Of a stretch of 64,000 nt of DNA, positions 55,184-64,000 are shown piece by piece. The notes under the pieces were generated by a model. The model was given only the letters and a program-made list of their open reading frames with translations. It made no database searches and was not told where the DNA came from. The stretch lies in contig JAYQLI010000035.1 of NCBI GenBank assembly GCA_038143065.1, forward strand, positions 1,248,894-1,312,893. The letters are read 5' to 3'. Numbering within the stretch: position 1 is the stretch's first letter; every line of letters starts with the position of its first letter. Source of the stretch: Rhodospirillales bacterium (GTDB taxonomy: Bacteria > Pseudomonadota > Alphaproteobacteria > Bin95). The position numbers were made by a program, and so were the translations under genes.

Positions 55184-55521
55184 TCAGACATCTAGGTAGA
55201 CAGCTGCTGCTGCGAGAGCAAGCAGAGAAACATCAGAAGAATTAGGTTTAGGGATAGCTAAGCCACCATCAACACACTTCACCTCACCAGTACCGTGCGG
55301 CAATACTTCAAGAACCTTGGCTTTATCTACACTTTCTGGATTTGGAACTGCGATAGTTACCTGCACTCGCATGGCATCCACATCCTGATCCACCAAATTC
55401 CCAATAGTTAATGAATTATGCCATAGCGCATCCCTCAAAGCACGAACGGCTGCCTTGGTGCTATCCCTCCTCGAATGTCGGTGCCCATACCAATTTCTAG
55501 GATCATACGTTTCCAGGCCAT
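55184..55521 (-). CDS. Lin0512-family protein (copy A); frameshift near 55466
   Basis: Restored MAWKRMILEIGMGTDIRGGDSTKAAVRALRDALWHNSL...LPHG...GGL...AAAAVYLDV. Confidence 0.85.
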
Positions 55522-55535
55522 CAGACACTATCTCC

Positions 55536-56434
55536 TCAAATATTTGGCATCACTTCAGATGAAATTCGATCGAGTATATCCTCGTGGAACGATCGCTCGC
55601 GGCTAGCAATGCTAACAACTACTTCGTGACAGCCCGCGTCAGCAAACGCTCTAAGAGTTTCAATAATGTCTTCGGTCGGTCCTGAAATTAATTTCCTGTC
55701 GTCTGGTTTACGATCCTGAGTTGAGGAGTCAAAACGGATGCCAGCATTTAAGGATATGTAAAGACCGTCTGGATCTCGGCCTTCTCCCTGCATTAACTGC
55801 GCTAAAATGGGTAGCTTTTCTCTAATATCGTTAGGAGACTGACGAAGAGTATGCCATCCATCTCCAAACCGAGCCGTACGTCGAAGTGCCGCCATGCTAG
55901 ACCCACCCACATGAATAGGAGGATAGGGTTTTTGCTGAGGTTTAGGTGAAAATTTCAAACCAGAATAGCGATAGAATTCTCCAGAATACTCTGGGATTTC
56001 TTGAGTCCAAAGTGCCTGAAGAGCTGAGAGGATTTCGTTTGCTCGCTTACCACGAGTTTTGAAATCAACACCAAGATTGACGTACTCATCCTCAGTTGTA
56101 GCGACGCCGACTCCAAGATCGACACGCCCATTAGAAAGTTTGTCGAGGGTCGCAACCGTTTTTCCCAAACGAGGGGGTCATGCCAGGGTAAAACAATTAC
56201 CGTGGTACCAAGCCGAACAGTTTTCGTTCGCATTGCCACAGCGCTTAAGATGGACAGCGGCTCATAATAAGGCCGATTATCCAAGCGGTCGGCAATATAA
56301 CTAGAGTGAAAAAGATGCTCACTCGTCCAGACGCTATTTAAGCCAACTGCCTCTGCTTTTTCAGCAAGGCTAACGATATCTAATGGATCTTCAAAACCTT
56401 GATTAGAGGGAAGACTGTAGCCGAGTTTCATCAC
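55536..56434 (-). CDS. LLM-class flavin/F420-dependent oxidoreductase; frameshift near 56165
   Basis: AEAVGLNSVWTSEH, LGTTVIVLPWHDP, TLDKLSNGRVDLGVGV and PKPQQKPYPPIHVGG. Confidence 0.87.
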
Positions 56435-57306
56435 AGGCTCACTGGGGCCGACGCGTAAACTGCATCTTGGTGTCCTGGAGCATAAACGCGATTGGAAATG
56501 TTAGGGTTCCGGTTTGTGTGCTCACGAGCGTAGAGGGGATGACGCATGCTCCTAACCTCGTGCTCTAAACGAACCAAAGGCTTCTTGCTTTTAAGGTCAA
56601 CAATATCAAGGAAGCGATATTGGTGCTGGTCACTCTCCTCGGTAATCAAGCCAAGCTTGAGTAGTTTTTCATATGGCCTGGAAAAATTTGCCAAATAGAT
56701 AGCAACATGATGCCCATCGTAATCAGCAAGTTTCTTCGATGTTTCTTTGAAAATAATTTTTTGACCTGGCCCAACCGAACCGGTAGCTGAGGTTTTACCT
56801 GCACTGGCCGGCGTATCAAGAATTTCTTCGTAAAACCTGGCGATGCCAGAAGAAGATCCTTTTGGAGCGTTCACCTCCATGTAAGGCATTCCTAGCATCA
56901 TGCCTGGGAATTTAGGCCCTGGCTCATGCACTTTGAAGCGATTACCCCAAGGGCACACAACTTCAACGTGATCCTTCTTCTCTGCAAACATAAACGACGT
57001 CTGCGCAAGGTCGTCCTTAACCATTTCAAGCCGTTCCAGCAAAGCTTCTCTGCCAGGAATAACAAGACCAGTTAGTCCCCTCAAAACCTGAGCCGGTCCA
57101 GTGGGGAGATGGAACTGACTTTTGCCGCAGTTGATCCACATGTTGTTAATGCCTGTTACAAGATAGGGATCCCGCGTTAATCCAAGGCCCATTACGTAGA
57201 AAATAGTCGAAAGACGTTGGTCGGGCGCCTTTACATTGAGGTGCTCTAAAAAGACAATATTTCCTAGGTCCTCAACTGTTCGATCATATTTGGTTTTCTT
57301 TGCCAT
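56431..57306 (-). CDS. Conserved hypothetical protein with a two-domain VOC/glyoxalase-like pattern
   Basis: LEHLNV...FYVMGLGL...QFHLP...CPWGN; second half ARFYEEIL...HHVAIY...LEHEVRS. Confidence 0.6.
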   Translation of the reverse strand: MAKKTKYDRTVEDLGNIVFLEHLNVKAPDQRLSTIFYVMGLGLTRDPYLVTGINNMWINCGKSQFHLPTGPAQVLRGLTGLVIPGREALLERLEMVKDDLAQTSFMFAEKKDHVEVVCPWGNRFKVHEPGPKFPGMMLGMPYMEVNAPKGSSSGIARFYEEILDTPASAGKTSATGSVGPGQKIIFKETSKKLADYDGHHVAIYLANFSRPYEKLLKLGLITEESDQHQYRFLDIVDLKSKKPLVRLEHEVRSMRHPLYAREHTNRNPNISNRVYAPGHQDAVYASAPVSL

Positions 57307-57437
57307 GCGCCTATCCTTTTTCATTTAGAATGGATTTTCCTAATGTTAGGTTGAATTGCCTAGATCTGCGAGAGTGAAAATTATCTACCAAGGGCTCAGT
57401 CGAAGTATTTCCATCTAAAAAGAATTGCAGCCGACCA

Positions 57438-58271
57438 TTAAAAAAATACCAGCTTATTTATTCCTTTGCGCATGGATAATAGTGGCAACAAATTTTTTGT
57501 TGTCATTCCAACAGTGCAACCAAACGCTGATGCAAGATCATTAACAACAGAGATTATACCGGTGTCCCAAGATGAACGAGCATCCCCGATCCTAGCGCTT
57601 GTTGCCATAACAGCACCGGCAGCAACACCCATAGAAGAAGCAGCGTAAATGCGCGCAACACCTGCTTTTTCTTTTCCAATACCGGCATCGTTAAGAACAA
57701 TACCGAGTACAGGTGCCTTTAAAATATAGCCAGGATTATTAGCAAGTAGTCCACCATGGCTTGCACAAACAACTATTTGCCCTGCATCCTCGTCTTTTAT
57801 TAAGGAAGCAGAATCACAGCCAATAACCATGGGCTCGTCAGTTTTTTGCGAAATAACAAACCGGCTTTCCGGTAACTCTGGCAACTCACTGCTCCACATA
57901 TCTGCTGTCAGCATCCGTGCCGCCGCCGCACCACACCCGAGTCCGACCGATACACCAGCTTTTGCCGCCGCTTTATTAATGAAGGAAATATAACCAGTAG
58001 ACATCATATCCTTACCATCACCAATGCGCGCCGACATACAGTCTACTGTGGCCGCCGGCATTCCAATTGCGTCTGCCCAATCCAGACCGCCAAAACCGGC
58101 TGCCTCCAAACCTCCACCTGCATCATTGAGGATAACGCCACGAGCTTTGCCTTTGGCCGCCAGATACGCTGCGTATACACCACCATGGGACGCTGCAACG
58201 AGGACTTTCCCCGCATCTTCTGACGCCAGCTTAGTGACACTATCCATAACGAGAATACGGTCTTCTGCCAT
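57438..58271 (-). CDS. Hypothetical protein made of two tandem copies of an unknown domain
   Basis: Repeated DS/EDAG/ASHGG/LNDAG.G/SARIGD/TG.IS..N motifs. A possible A-run frameshift near 57495 affects only the last residues. Confidence 0.8.
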   Translation of the reverse strand: MAEDRILVMDSVTKLASEDAGKVLVAASHGGVYAAYLAAKGKARGVILNDAGGGLEAAGFGGLDWADAIGMPAATVDCMSARIGDGKDMMSTGYISFINKAAAKAGVSVGLGCGAAAARMLTADMWSSELPELPESRFVISQKTDEPMVIGCDSASLIKDEDAGQIVVCASHGGLLANNPGYILKAPVLGIVLNDAGIGKEKAGVARIYAASSMGVAAGAVMATSARIGDARSSWDTGIISVVNDLASAFGCTVGMTTKNLLPLLSMRKGINKLVFF

Positions 58272-58278
58272 GAAAACA

Positions 58279-59988
58279 TTACTCTTTCATCATAGCATCA
58301 GATATCTTCTCCGCCGTCATCAGAGTTGGACCATTGGTGTTAGCGGAGGGCACAAATGGAAATAAGGACGCGTCGACTACGCGGAGTCCTCTGACACCAC
58401 GAACTCTTCCTTCATTGTCTGTTACTGCCATCGGATCATCATCGGCGCCCATTCGGCACGAACAGGTTGCATGCCAGGTGCCGGTGGCATTTGCTAACAC
58501 AAACTGATCCAAAGCATCGGAGTCTGTTAGCAAGGTCTCAAGTGTCACTCCGCCAGTTATGACCTTTTCAATCAGTAATTTGCGTACAGGCGCAGGTCCA
58601 TCCATCAACTTGCCAAGAAACCAAGTAATAGCCTTGTTGCGGCCATTAACTTTCGCAATCTTTCTAACCTGCTCGGTGTAAGCCGTCGGGAATGCGTTGG
58701 TAGCAACCTGGCTAACCGCCTCAGAGAGTAAGATCGCTGCGGATCTTTTAAAACCATCTGTAAGTCGGTCAAGATCACGCCGGTCACTACAAAGCCCAAA
58801 GTCGACTGAAGGTTCATCTCGCCAATTAGGCGATGTAAGCTTGATTTCACCGGTCGAATAAGTCCGGTTAACCCAAACAAGAAGAGACCCCATATGCTTA
58901 CCAACATCGTGCCAGGCAGATTTAGTCACCTGAGCTGCAAACATGTCACCATTAGGAGCATCGTGCATATTCGAAGAGAAACGCCAACCAATATGCATGT
59001 GGCGCACATCATCGCGCTTAATACGATTTTCAGCTGATAGATAACCTGAAACGCTCACAGAGGGATGGTCTTGTAAATTTTGACCGACTCCCGGAAGCGA
59101 TTGGCGGACATCAATACCAAGGTCCTTAAGATGACCCGCAGGCCCTATACCAGCACGCATCAAATGGGCGGGCGAATGCAGCGCTCCAGAACAAATGATG
59201 ACTTCCCTGAGAGCTGTGTGCGTTTCCTCTACAACTTTATGGCGAAAAGCTTTAACTCCGGTTGCTTTCAAACCTTCAAAAGTAATGGAAGCAACCCGTG
59301 TGTCCGCCAAAATCTTAAGATTAGTCCTACGACGAGTTGGAGGATCTAAATAACCTATTGCAGCTGAAACTCGACGATCGAATGCGTTCGAGATTGTAAG
59401 TGGGAAGAAACCATCCCGAAACTCACCATTCTGATCCTCGATGTATTCATAACCTTCGGCCTGTAGGGCTTTTTGGACTGCATGCGTATAACCCGTCCAT
59501 TGCTCCTCAAATAGACGGCGAACTGGGATTTTGCCCTCCGCACCATGATAAAAATCATCCGGAAAATCGAGATCTCGTTCGAATTTTCGGAAAAAGGGCA
59601 GGCAGTCATCCCATCCCCAACCCTTAACGCCTAGGTCCCGCCAACCATCGTAGTCAGTAGGAGCACCACGATTAAGAAGTTGTCCATTTATTGAAGACCC
59701 GCCACCCATTATGCGGGCTTGCTCATAAGAACGCTTGGGCGGACTAAAGGTAGGATCATTATGTTTTAATGGTTGAGTGGTCACCTTAAGCTCAGTCCAA
59801 TGAAACCTGGGATCAAAGTAGGCAACGCCAGGATAACTAGAGTGCACCTCAGGAGGGATACTACCGTGCGGCGTGTCTGGCCCAGCCTCAATAACTAAGA
59901 CCCGATTTGAAGGATTAGCAGATAAACGGTTTGCCATAACGGACCCTGCAGACCCGCCTCCTACAATGATGTAATCCCACTCTGCCAC
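58279..59988 (-). CDS. GMC-family oxidoreductase
   Basis: DYIIVGGGSAG, GGGSSING, GQNLQDHP, WHATCSCRMG, RVVDAS and ANTN. Confidence 0.93.
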   Translation of the reverse strand: MAEWDYIIVGGGSAGSVMANRLSANPSNRVLVIEAGPDTPHGSIPPEVHSSYPGVAYFDPRFHWTELKVTTQPLKHNDPTFSPPKRSYEQARIMGGGSSINGQLLNRGAPTDYDGWRDLGVKGWGWDDCLPFFRKFERDLDFPDDFYHGAEGKIPVRRLFEEQWTGYTHAVQKALQAEGYEYIEDQNGEFRDGFFPLTISNAFDRRVSAAIGYLDPPTRRRTNLKILADTRVASITFEGLKATGVKAFRHKVVEETHTALREVIICSGALHSPAHLMRAGIGPAGHLKDLGIDVRQSLPGVGQNLQDHPSVSVSGYLSAENRIKRDDVRHMHIGWRFSSNMHDAPNGDMFAAQVTKSAWHDVGKHMGSLLVWVNRTYSTGEIKLTSPNWRDEPSVDFGLCSDRRDLDRLTDGFKRSAAILLSEAVSQVATNAFPTAYTEQVRKIAKVNGRNKAITWFLGKLMDGPAPVRKLLIEKVITGGVTLETLLTDSDALDQFVLANATGTWHATCSCRMGADDDPMAVTDNEGRVRGVRGLRVVDASLFPFVPSANTNGPTLMTAEKISDAMMKE

Positions 59989-59994
59989 GACAAA

Positions 59995-60399
59995 TTAACC
60001 CTTTTTTGTTGGACGGGCTTCAGTTGGCCCACCCGCTTGTTTCCAGGCACCATAGCCTCCCACCACGTGCGCAACTGGTCCAAAACCCATGTCTTGCAAA
60101 CGTTTTGTAGCCAGTGCCGAACGCAGCCCACCTGCACAGAAAAGAACATACTTCTTATCCTGGCCAAAAACTTCTCTGTAGTATGGACTGTCAGGATCCA
60201 CCCAAAACTCAAGCATATCCCTGGGTGCGTGCAATGCACCGGGAACCTGTCCATCACGTTCAAGTTCACGGACATCACGAATGTCAACAAGTTGTACATT
60301 CGGATCATTTGCCAATTCCAGAGCGGACTCTATCGCAATATTTTCAATCTCTTTTTCCGCTTCAGCGCAGAGATCTTTAACTCCTTTGGTGATCTTCAT
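59995..60399 (-). CDS. Rhodanese-like sulfurtransferase (copy B)
   Basis: VDIRDVRE, GALHAPR, active loop CAGGLRS and GGYGAW. Confidence 0.9.
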   Translation of the reverse strand: MKITKGVKDLCAEAEKEIENIAIESALELANDPNVQLVDIRDVRELERDGQVPGALHAPRDMLEFWVDPDSPYYREVFGQDKKYVLFCAGGLRSALATKRLQDMGFGPVAHVVGGYGAWKQAGGPTEARPTKKG

Positions 60400-60405
60400 G
60401 GCTGA

Positions 60406-60813
60406 TTAGTCCTTTTTTGCTGATTTAGCTTCAATACTTTTTCCAGCCTCTTTCCAGGCTTTAAAACCGCCCTTGATGTGCGCCACGTTACTTGCCCCCA
60501 TATCCATCAAATCTTTTACGGCAATTGCGCTCCTCCAAGCACTCTGACAGTAAAACACATAAGTCTTGCTCTCATCTGCCATCCATTGTTTGTGGTACGG
60601 ACTATCTGGGGCTGCCCAAAACTCCAACATCCCGCGCGGAGCGTGTCGCGCTCCGGGGACCATTCCTTCTCTATCCAATTCTCTTATATCTCGAATATCG
60701 ACAATTACAGTGTTTGGGTCGTTGAGCCTGGCCTCGGCTTCATCCACACTCAAGACTGTTGCAACTGCATCAGCCTCCGCTAAAAGCGCTTTAAAACCGC
60801 GTTTCAACGCCAT
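60406..60813 (-). CDS. Rhodanese-like sulfurtransferase (copy A)
   Basis: VDIRDIRE, GARHAPRG, active loop CQSAWRS and GGFKAW. Confidence 0.9.
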   Translation of the reverse strand: MALKRGFKALLAEADAVATVLSVDEAEARLNDPNTVIVDIRDIRELDREGMVPGARHAPRGMLEFWAAPDSPYHKQWMADESKTYVFYCQSAWRSAIAVKDLMDMGASNVAHIKGGFKAWKEAGKSIEAKSAKKD

Positions 60814-61000
60814 ACTAAAAGCTCCCATTTAAATAGATCGTTCTAAAGATTAACTCCCCCTCTCCCTCAACGAAAGGTTTTAAAAATGGGTACAAGGGTG
60901 AGTAGTCAAATTTTTCCAATGCGAGGTTGAAGCATTGTATAAAAAAATGCTGTTATTCCAGTGGAAAAATTTTCGACATTTCAAAGAGGAGTCGTAACCG

Positions 61001-62374
61001 ATGTCAAAAATGCCAGCTACCGGAAATGATGACAGACAACTTACGGCCCCTATCGCGAGCTTTGCTGCAAACCTCAATCACAACGCCACACCATCAGAGG
61101 CAAGAAAAGCTGCTCGTCAGTGTTTACTAGATGTTCTTGGAGTGATGCTTGTTGGCGCCAACGAACCATTAGTCCAAATGCTTTCAGCGGAGGCAGAAGA
61201 AGCCGGAGGTAGTGAGCAAGCAACCGTCGTGGGCAAGGGTTTCAAAACCTCAGCTTCCCAAGCTGCTTTGGTTAATGGCGCGTGTGCGCATGCTCTAGAT
61301 TACGATGATGTACTGAAAGCAATGCTTGGCCACCCAACGGTTCCCGTTTGGCCTGCCCTTCTCGCAATCGCAGAGAGAGATGGTTATTCTGGGCGAGATA
61401 TCATCACGGCATTTATAGCTGGTTTAGAGGTCGAAGCCCGTATTGGAACACTCATGGCAACTGGCCATTATGCCAAAGGCTGGCATTCCACTGGTACGAT
61501 AGGAACGTTTGCCGCGGCCGCAGCAGTCGGCCGGCTTCTTAAGTTAGACGACGAGAAGATGACCCGTTGCTTTGGGATTGCTGGAACTCAGGCAGCAGGC
61601 CTCAAATCTATGTTTGGCACGATGTGTAAGCCACTTCACGCAGGGAAAGCAGCGCAGAACGGTGTACTTGCCGCAAGTCTGGCGAAACGTGGCTTCTCAG
61701 CAAAAGAAGATGTTCTTGATTGCTTTCAAGGCTTCGTAGATACGATGAGCGACGGTGGACTTGCTCCCGATGCCGCATTGGAAAATCTCGGGGAGCAGTT
61801 CCACGCACCGGACGTTCTATTTAAATATCACGCCGCTTGCTATGGAACTCATGGCCCAATTGAAGCTGCCTTAAAAGCAGCCGACCACCCTGCCTTTGAT
61901 GCAGACCTTAACGAAAAAGTAGACATTGTCGTCGCGCAACATTGTATCGGTATGTGTGATATTCCAGAGCCAACAACAGGACTCGAAGGCAAGTTTAGTT
62001 TAACTCACAACGTAGCTCTTGGCCTCCTGAAGCAAGCTGATGGCGCACTAGACCTGTATGATGATGCGAGGATGACGGATAAAGCACCGTCAGAGCTTCG
62101 TAAAAAAGTAAATGTAGCTTCGACCGATAAAATTGGTGCGTTTGAAGCAAATATCACCGTCCATCTTTCAAATGGTATTGTAATCCGAGAAACCCATGAT
62201 GCTGATGTGCCAGAACGTGATCTTGATCTGCAATGGGAAAAGCTGGGACGTAAATTCCGCACTCTCACCACTCCAATTCTTGGCGAAAGTAAGGTCGAAA
62301 AAATAATAGAACTAGTTCACAACTTAGACGACGCAGACAATATTTCGCCTCTTATGGAAGCGGTAAGGAACTAA
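61001..62374 (+). CDS. MmgE/PrpD family protein
   Basis: AALVNG...HALDYDD...HP, GWHSTGT, KPLHAG, KYHAACYGTH and KFS. Confidence 0.92.
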   Translation: MSKMPATGNDDRQLTAPIASFAANLNHNATPSEARKAARQCLLDVLGVMLVGANEPLVQMLSAEAEEAGGSEQATVVGKGFKTSASQAALVNGACAHALDYDDVLKAMLGHPTVPVWPALLAIAERDGYSGRDIITAFIAGLEVEARIGTLMATGHYAKGWHSTGTIGTFAAAAAVGRLLKLDDEKMTRCFGIAGTQAAGLKSMFGTMCKPLHAGKAAQNGVLAASLAKRGFSAKEDVLDCFQGFVDTMSDGGLAPDAALENLGEQFHAPDVLFKYHAACYGTHGPIEAALKAADHPAFDADLNEKVDIVVAQHCIGMCDIPEPTTGLEGKFSLTHNVALGLLKQADGALDLYDDARMTDKAPSELRKKVNVASTDKIGAFEANITVHLSNGIVIRETHDADVPERDLDLQWEKLGRKFRTLTTPILGESKVEKIIELVHNLDDADNISPLMEAVRN

Positions 62375-63387
62375 CGGACATAAAACTGTCGCCCAAACCA
62401 TCTCCAACGACCACTGCCGGCAGGCAGTGTGCAATTCACACGGTGCCTGCCAGGTGAAAACTTTTTTGGCAACCGTGCTTCAATGCGACGCTTTCCAAGT
62501 TGATTAAGTTGAAGTCGACCAATTCCGCTAGCGTAACATGCTAAAGTGGATAAAGCCCCAATCGATGGATCTACAGTAAAACCAAAGGCTGGTGGATTAT
62601 CATCATCACCAAGCATCATGTCACGCGGAGTAATATCACGGGCAATCAAGGGAATTGAACTAGCCAAGGTTCGAAAGCGCTCTAAGGCCCCGTAAGTTTC
62701 ATTTAACGCAAAACGCGGAAGATAAAACATATCCTCGAAATTGTGCAGCACGCCAGAATGCTGGCCAAAAGCCGCCAAATAACCTGCCTCTTGTATGGCC
62801 TCCCGAACATTTAGACTCGCTTCTCCATAAGGGTAAGCAAAGAGTTCCGGAATAAAACCGAGCTCAGATTTATACCGAGCATTGCTCTCGGCGATCTCAC
62901 GACGTACTTCTTCAAGCGGTAAATCAGCCAGGTGGGCGTGACTAGACGTATGAGCACCAATATCGAAACCCATCTGAATTGCACGCCTTACGTCATCCCA
63001 AGTCATGTAACCTGGCAACTTATCGTCAAGAGGCTTTGTGCTTACGAAAAGGGTGGCCGTAAATCCTGCTGCCTTAAGCTTAGGCAAACCATATTCGATC
63101 ACTGAGGCATATGCATCATCAATAGTAAGAGCAATGGTTTTGTCAGGCAAAGGTTGCTCTGATCTCAATCTGTCAACTATCTGAGAGAGGGGCAGAACAG
63201 TGAAGCCATTTTCCTTCAGATGGCGAATTTGAGAATCAAATTGCGCAAGCGTTGTATTCGTTGATGGATAAGAATCCTCACCAAATCTATGGTACATCAC
63301 AGCCACAGCATGCTCAAATGCAGAAGCAACAGTAGGCGACGCCGTTATCAATAACGCTAGTGTCAATATTTGAAGCCACTTAACCAT
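62371..63387 (-). CDS. Secreted polysaccharide deacetylase (CE4)
   Basis: Signal peptide, MYHRF, TIDDA, HTSSH and FAYPYGE. Confidence 0.9.
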   Translation of the reverse strand: MVKWLQILTLALLITASPTVASAFEHAVAVMYHRFGEDSYPSTNTTLAQFDSQIRHLKENGFTVLPLSQIVDRLRSEQPLPDKTIALTIDDAYASVIEYGLPKLKAAGFTATLFVSTKPLDDKLPGYMTWDDVRRAIQMGFDIGAHTSSHAHLADLPLEEVRREIAESNARYKSELGFIPELFAYPYGEASLNVREAIQEAGYLAAFGQHSGVLHNFEDMFYLPRFALNETYGALERFRTLASSIPLIARDITPRDMMLGDDDNPPAFGFTVDPSIGALSTLACYASGIGRLQLNQLGKRRIEARLPKKFSPGRHRVNCTLPAGSGRWRWFGRQFYVR

Positions 63388-63443
63388 AGTGTTTAATGCA
63401 CATGTCAGGAATATAATTGCAAGTCATTGAGGTGTTGGATTGA

Positions 63444-63917
63444 ATGCCAGACTGTATCCTCATCAGGGAAATCAGGGCAGCAGACGCTGAACCTATTGCT
63501 TGTTTGTTTCAGGAAACAATTGGAGATGGTGGGGCTGCTGGTTGGACCCAGGGTGCCATTGAAAACCTGATACAAGATAATGGTTTTGGATTTGTTGCAG
63601 AACTTAATAGTACTGTTATAGGGGCTTGCATACTGCTCAAATCAGGAGAAGATGCTGAGATCTTAAATATCGCAACAGACTTTAAATATCGACGCCTTGG
63701 AGCTGCTCATAAAGTACTGAGGGCTGCATTACTTGCCTCACAAGGCCTAGGCTATTCGAGAATATTTTTAGAAGTTGCGGAAGATAACTTTGAAGCAAAA
63801 TCCGTCTATCAAGCAGTTGGGTTCAGCAAAATTGGGATCAGGCCGAAATATTATAAGAGAGGTTCGACGCCCATAGATGCGGAAGTATTATCTTTAGAAC
63901 TCAAGTCTTTTCGATAA
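63444..63917 (+). CDS. rimI: GNAT acetyltransferase, RimI-like
   Basis: AEILNIA...RRLG, LEVAEDN..A...Y...GF..IGIRPKYY. Confidence 0.75.
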   Translation: MPDCILIREIRAADAEPIACLFQETIGDGGAAGWTQGAIENLIQDNGFGFVAELNSTVIGACILLKSGEDAEILNIATDFKYRRLGAAHKVLRAALLASQGLGYSRIFLEVAEDNFEAKSVYQAVGFSKIGIRPKYYKRGSTPIDAEVLSLELKSFR

Positions 63918-64000
63918 TTAAACTAAATAAGTTTTCACTTATCGCAATTAATGGCCCCACTATATGTCCAAGCTCTTTCGCTGATTTAGGTACATTTTGT

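Noticed and set aside
328-62271. Many short antisense or overlapping ORFs in the track (e.g. 25137-25802 +, 46962-47249 -, 48722-49192 +)
   Set aside because: They are shadows of well-supported genes on the opposite strand or frame, with no family motifs or RBS.
1-64000. CRISPR arrays, IS elements, prophage, tRNA/rRNA, defence systems
   Set aside because: I saw no regularly spaced repeats, transposase/integrase motifs, phage genes or tRNA cloverleaves. This was a visual scan only; tRNAscan-SE, Infernal and CRISPR finders would be definitive.

Overview
Gene-dense chromosomal window of an alphaproteobacterium, probably Rhodospirillales-like and marine (inferred from gene content and the serB-miaA-ilvIHC and yajC-secD-secF-Mth938 synteny). 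Housekeeping genes (murJ, trpS, dnaE, yajC-secDF, queG, serB, miaA, ilvIHC, gloA, nudC) are interleaved with many catabolic oxidoreductases: four LLM-class enzymes, a P450 with ferredoxin, SDRs, a GMC oxidase, a double CoA-transferase and MmgE/PrpD. About 20 genes, including essential dnaE and secD, carry frameshifts, mostly at homopolymers, which points to uncorrected long-read errors rather than real pseudogenes. Main highlights: (1) a DsbA/FrnE-family selenoprotein the ORF track truncates, with an in-frame TGA giving a U-P-W-C redox motif and a SECIS-like hairpin downstream (46880-47497); (2) a bacterial sphingolipid (phosphoceramide) synthesis and export locus at 5611-12023 with bCerS-like GNAT, NTP-transferase, LptF/LptG paralogues, ceramide-kinase-like and CpgC-like genes; (3) a minus-strand cluster of uncharacterised genes at 54833-60813 (tandem rhodaneses, GMC oxidase, an internally duplicated unknown protein, a VOC-like protein, an LLM and tandem Lin0512 proteins). 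I saw no rRNA, tRNA, CRISPR array or mobile element. All family assignments come from motif recognition, not database searches.
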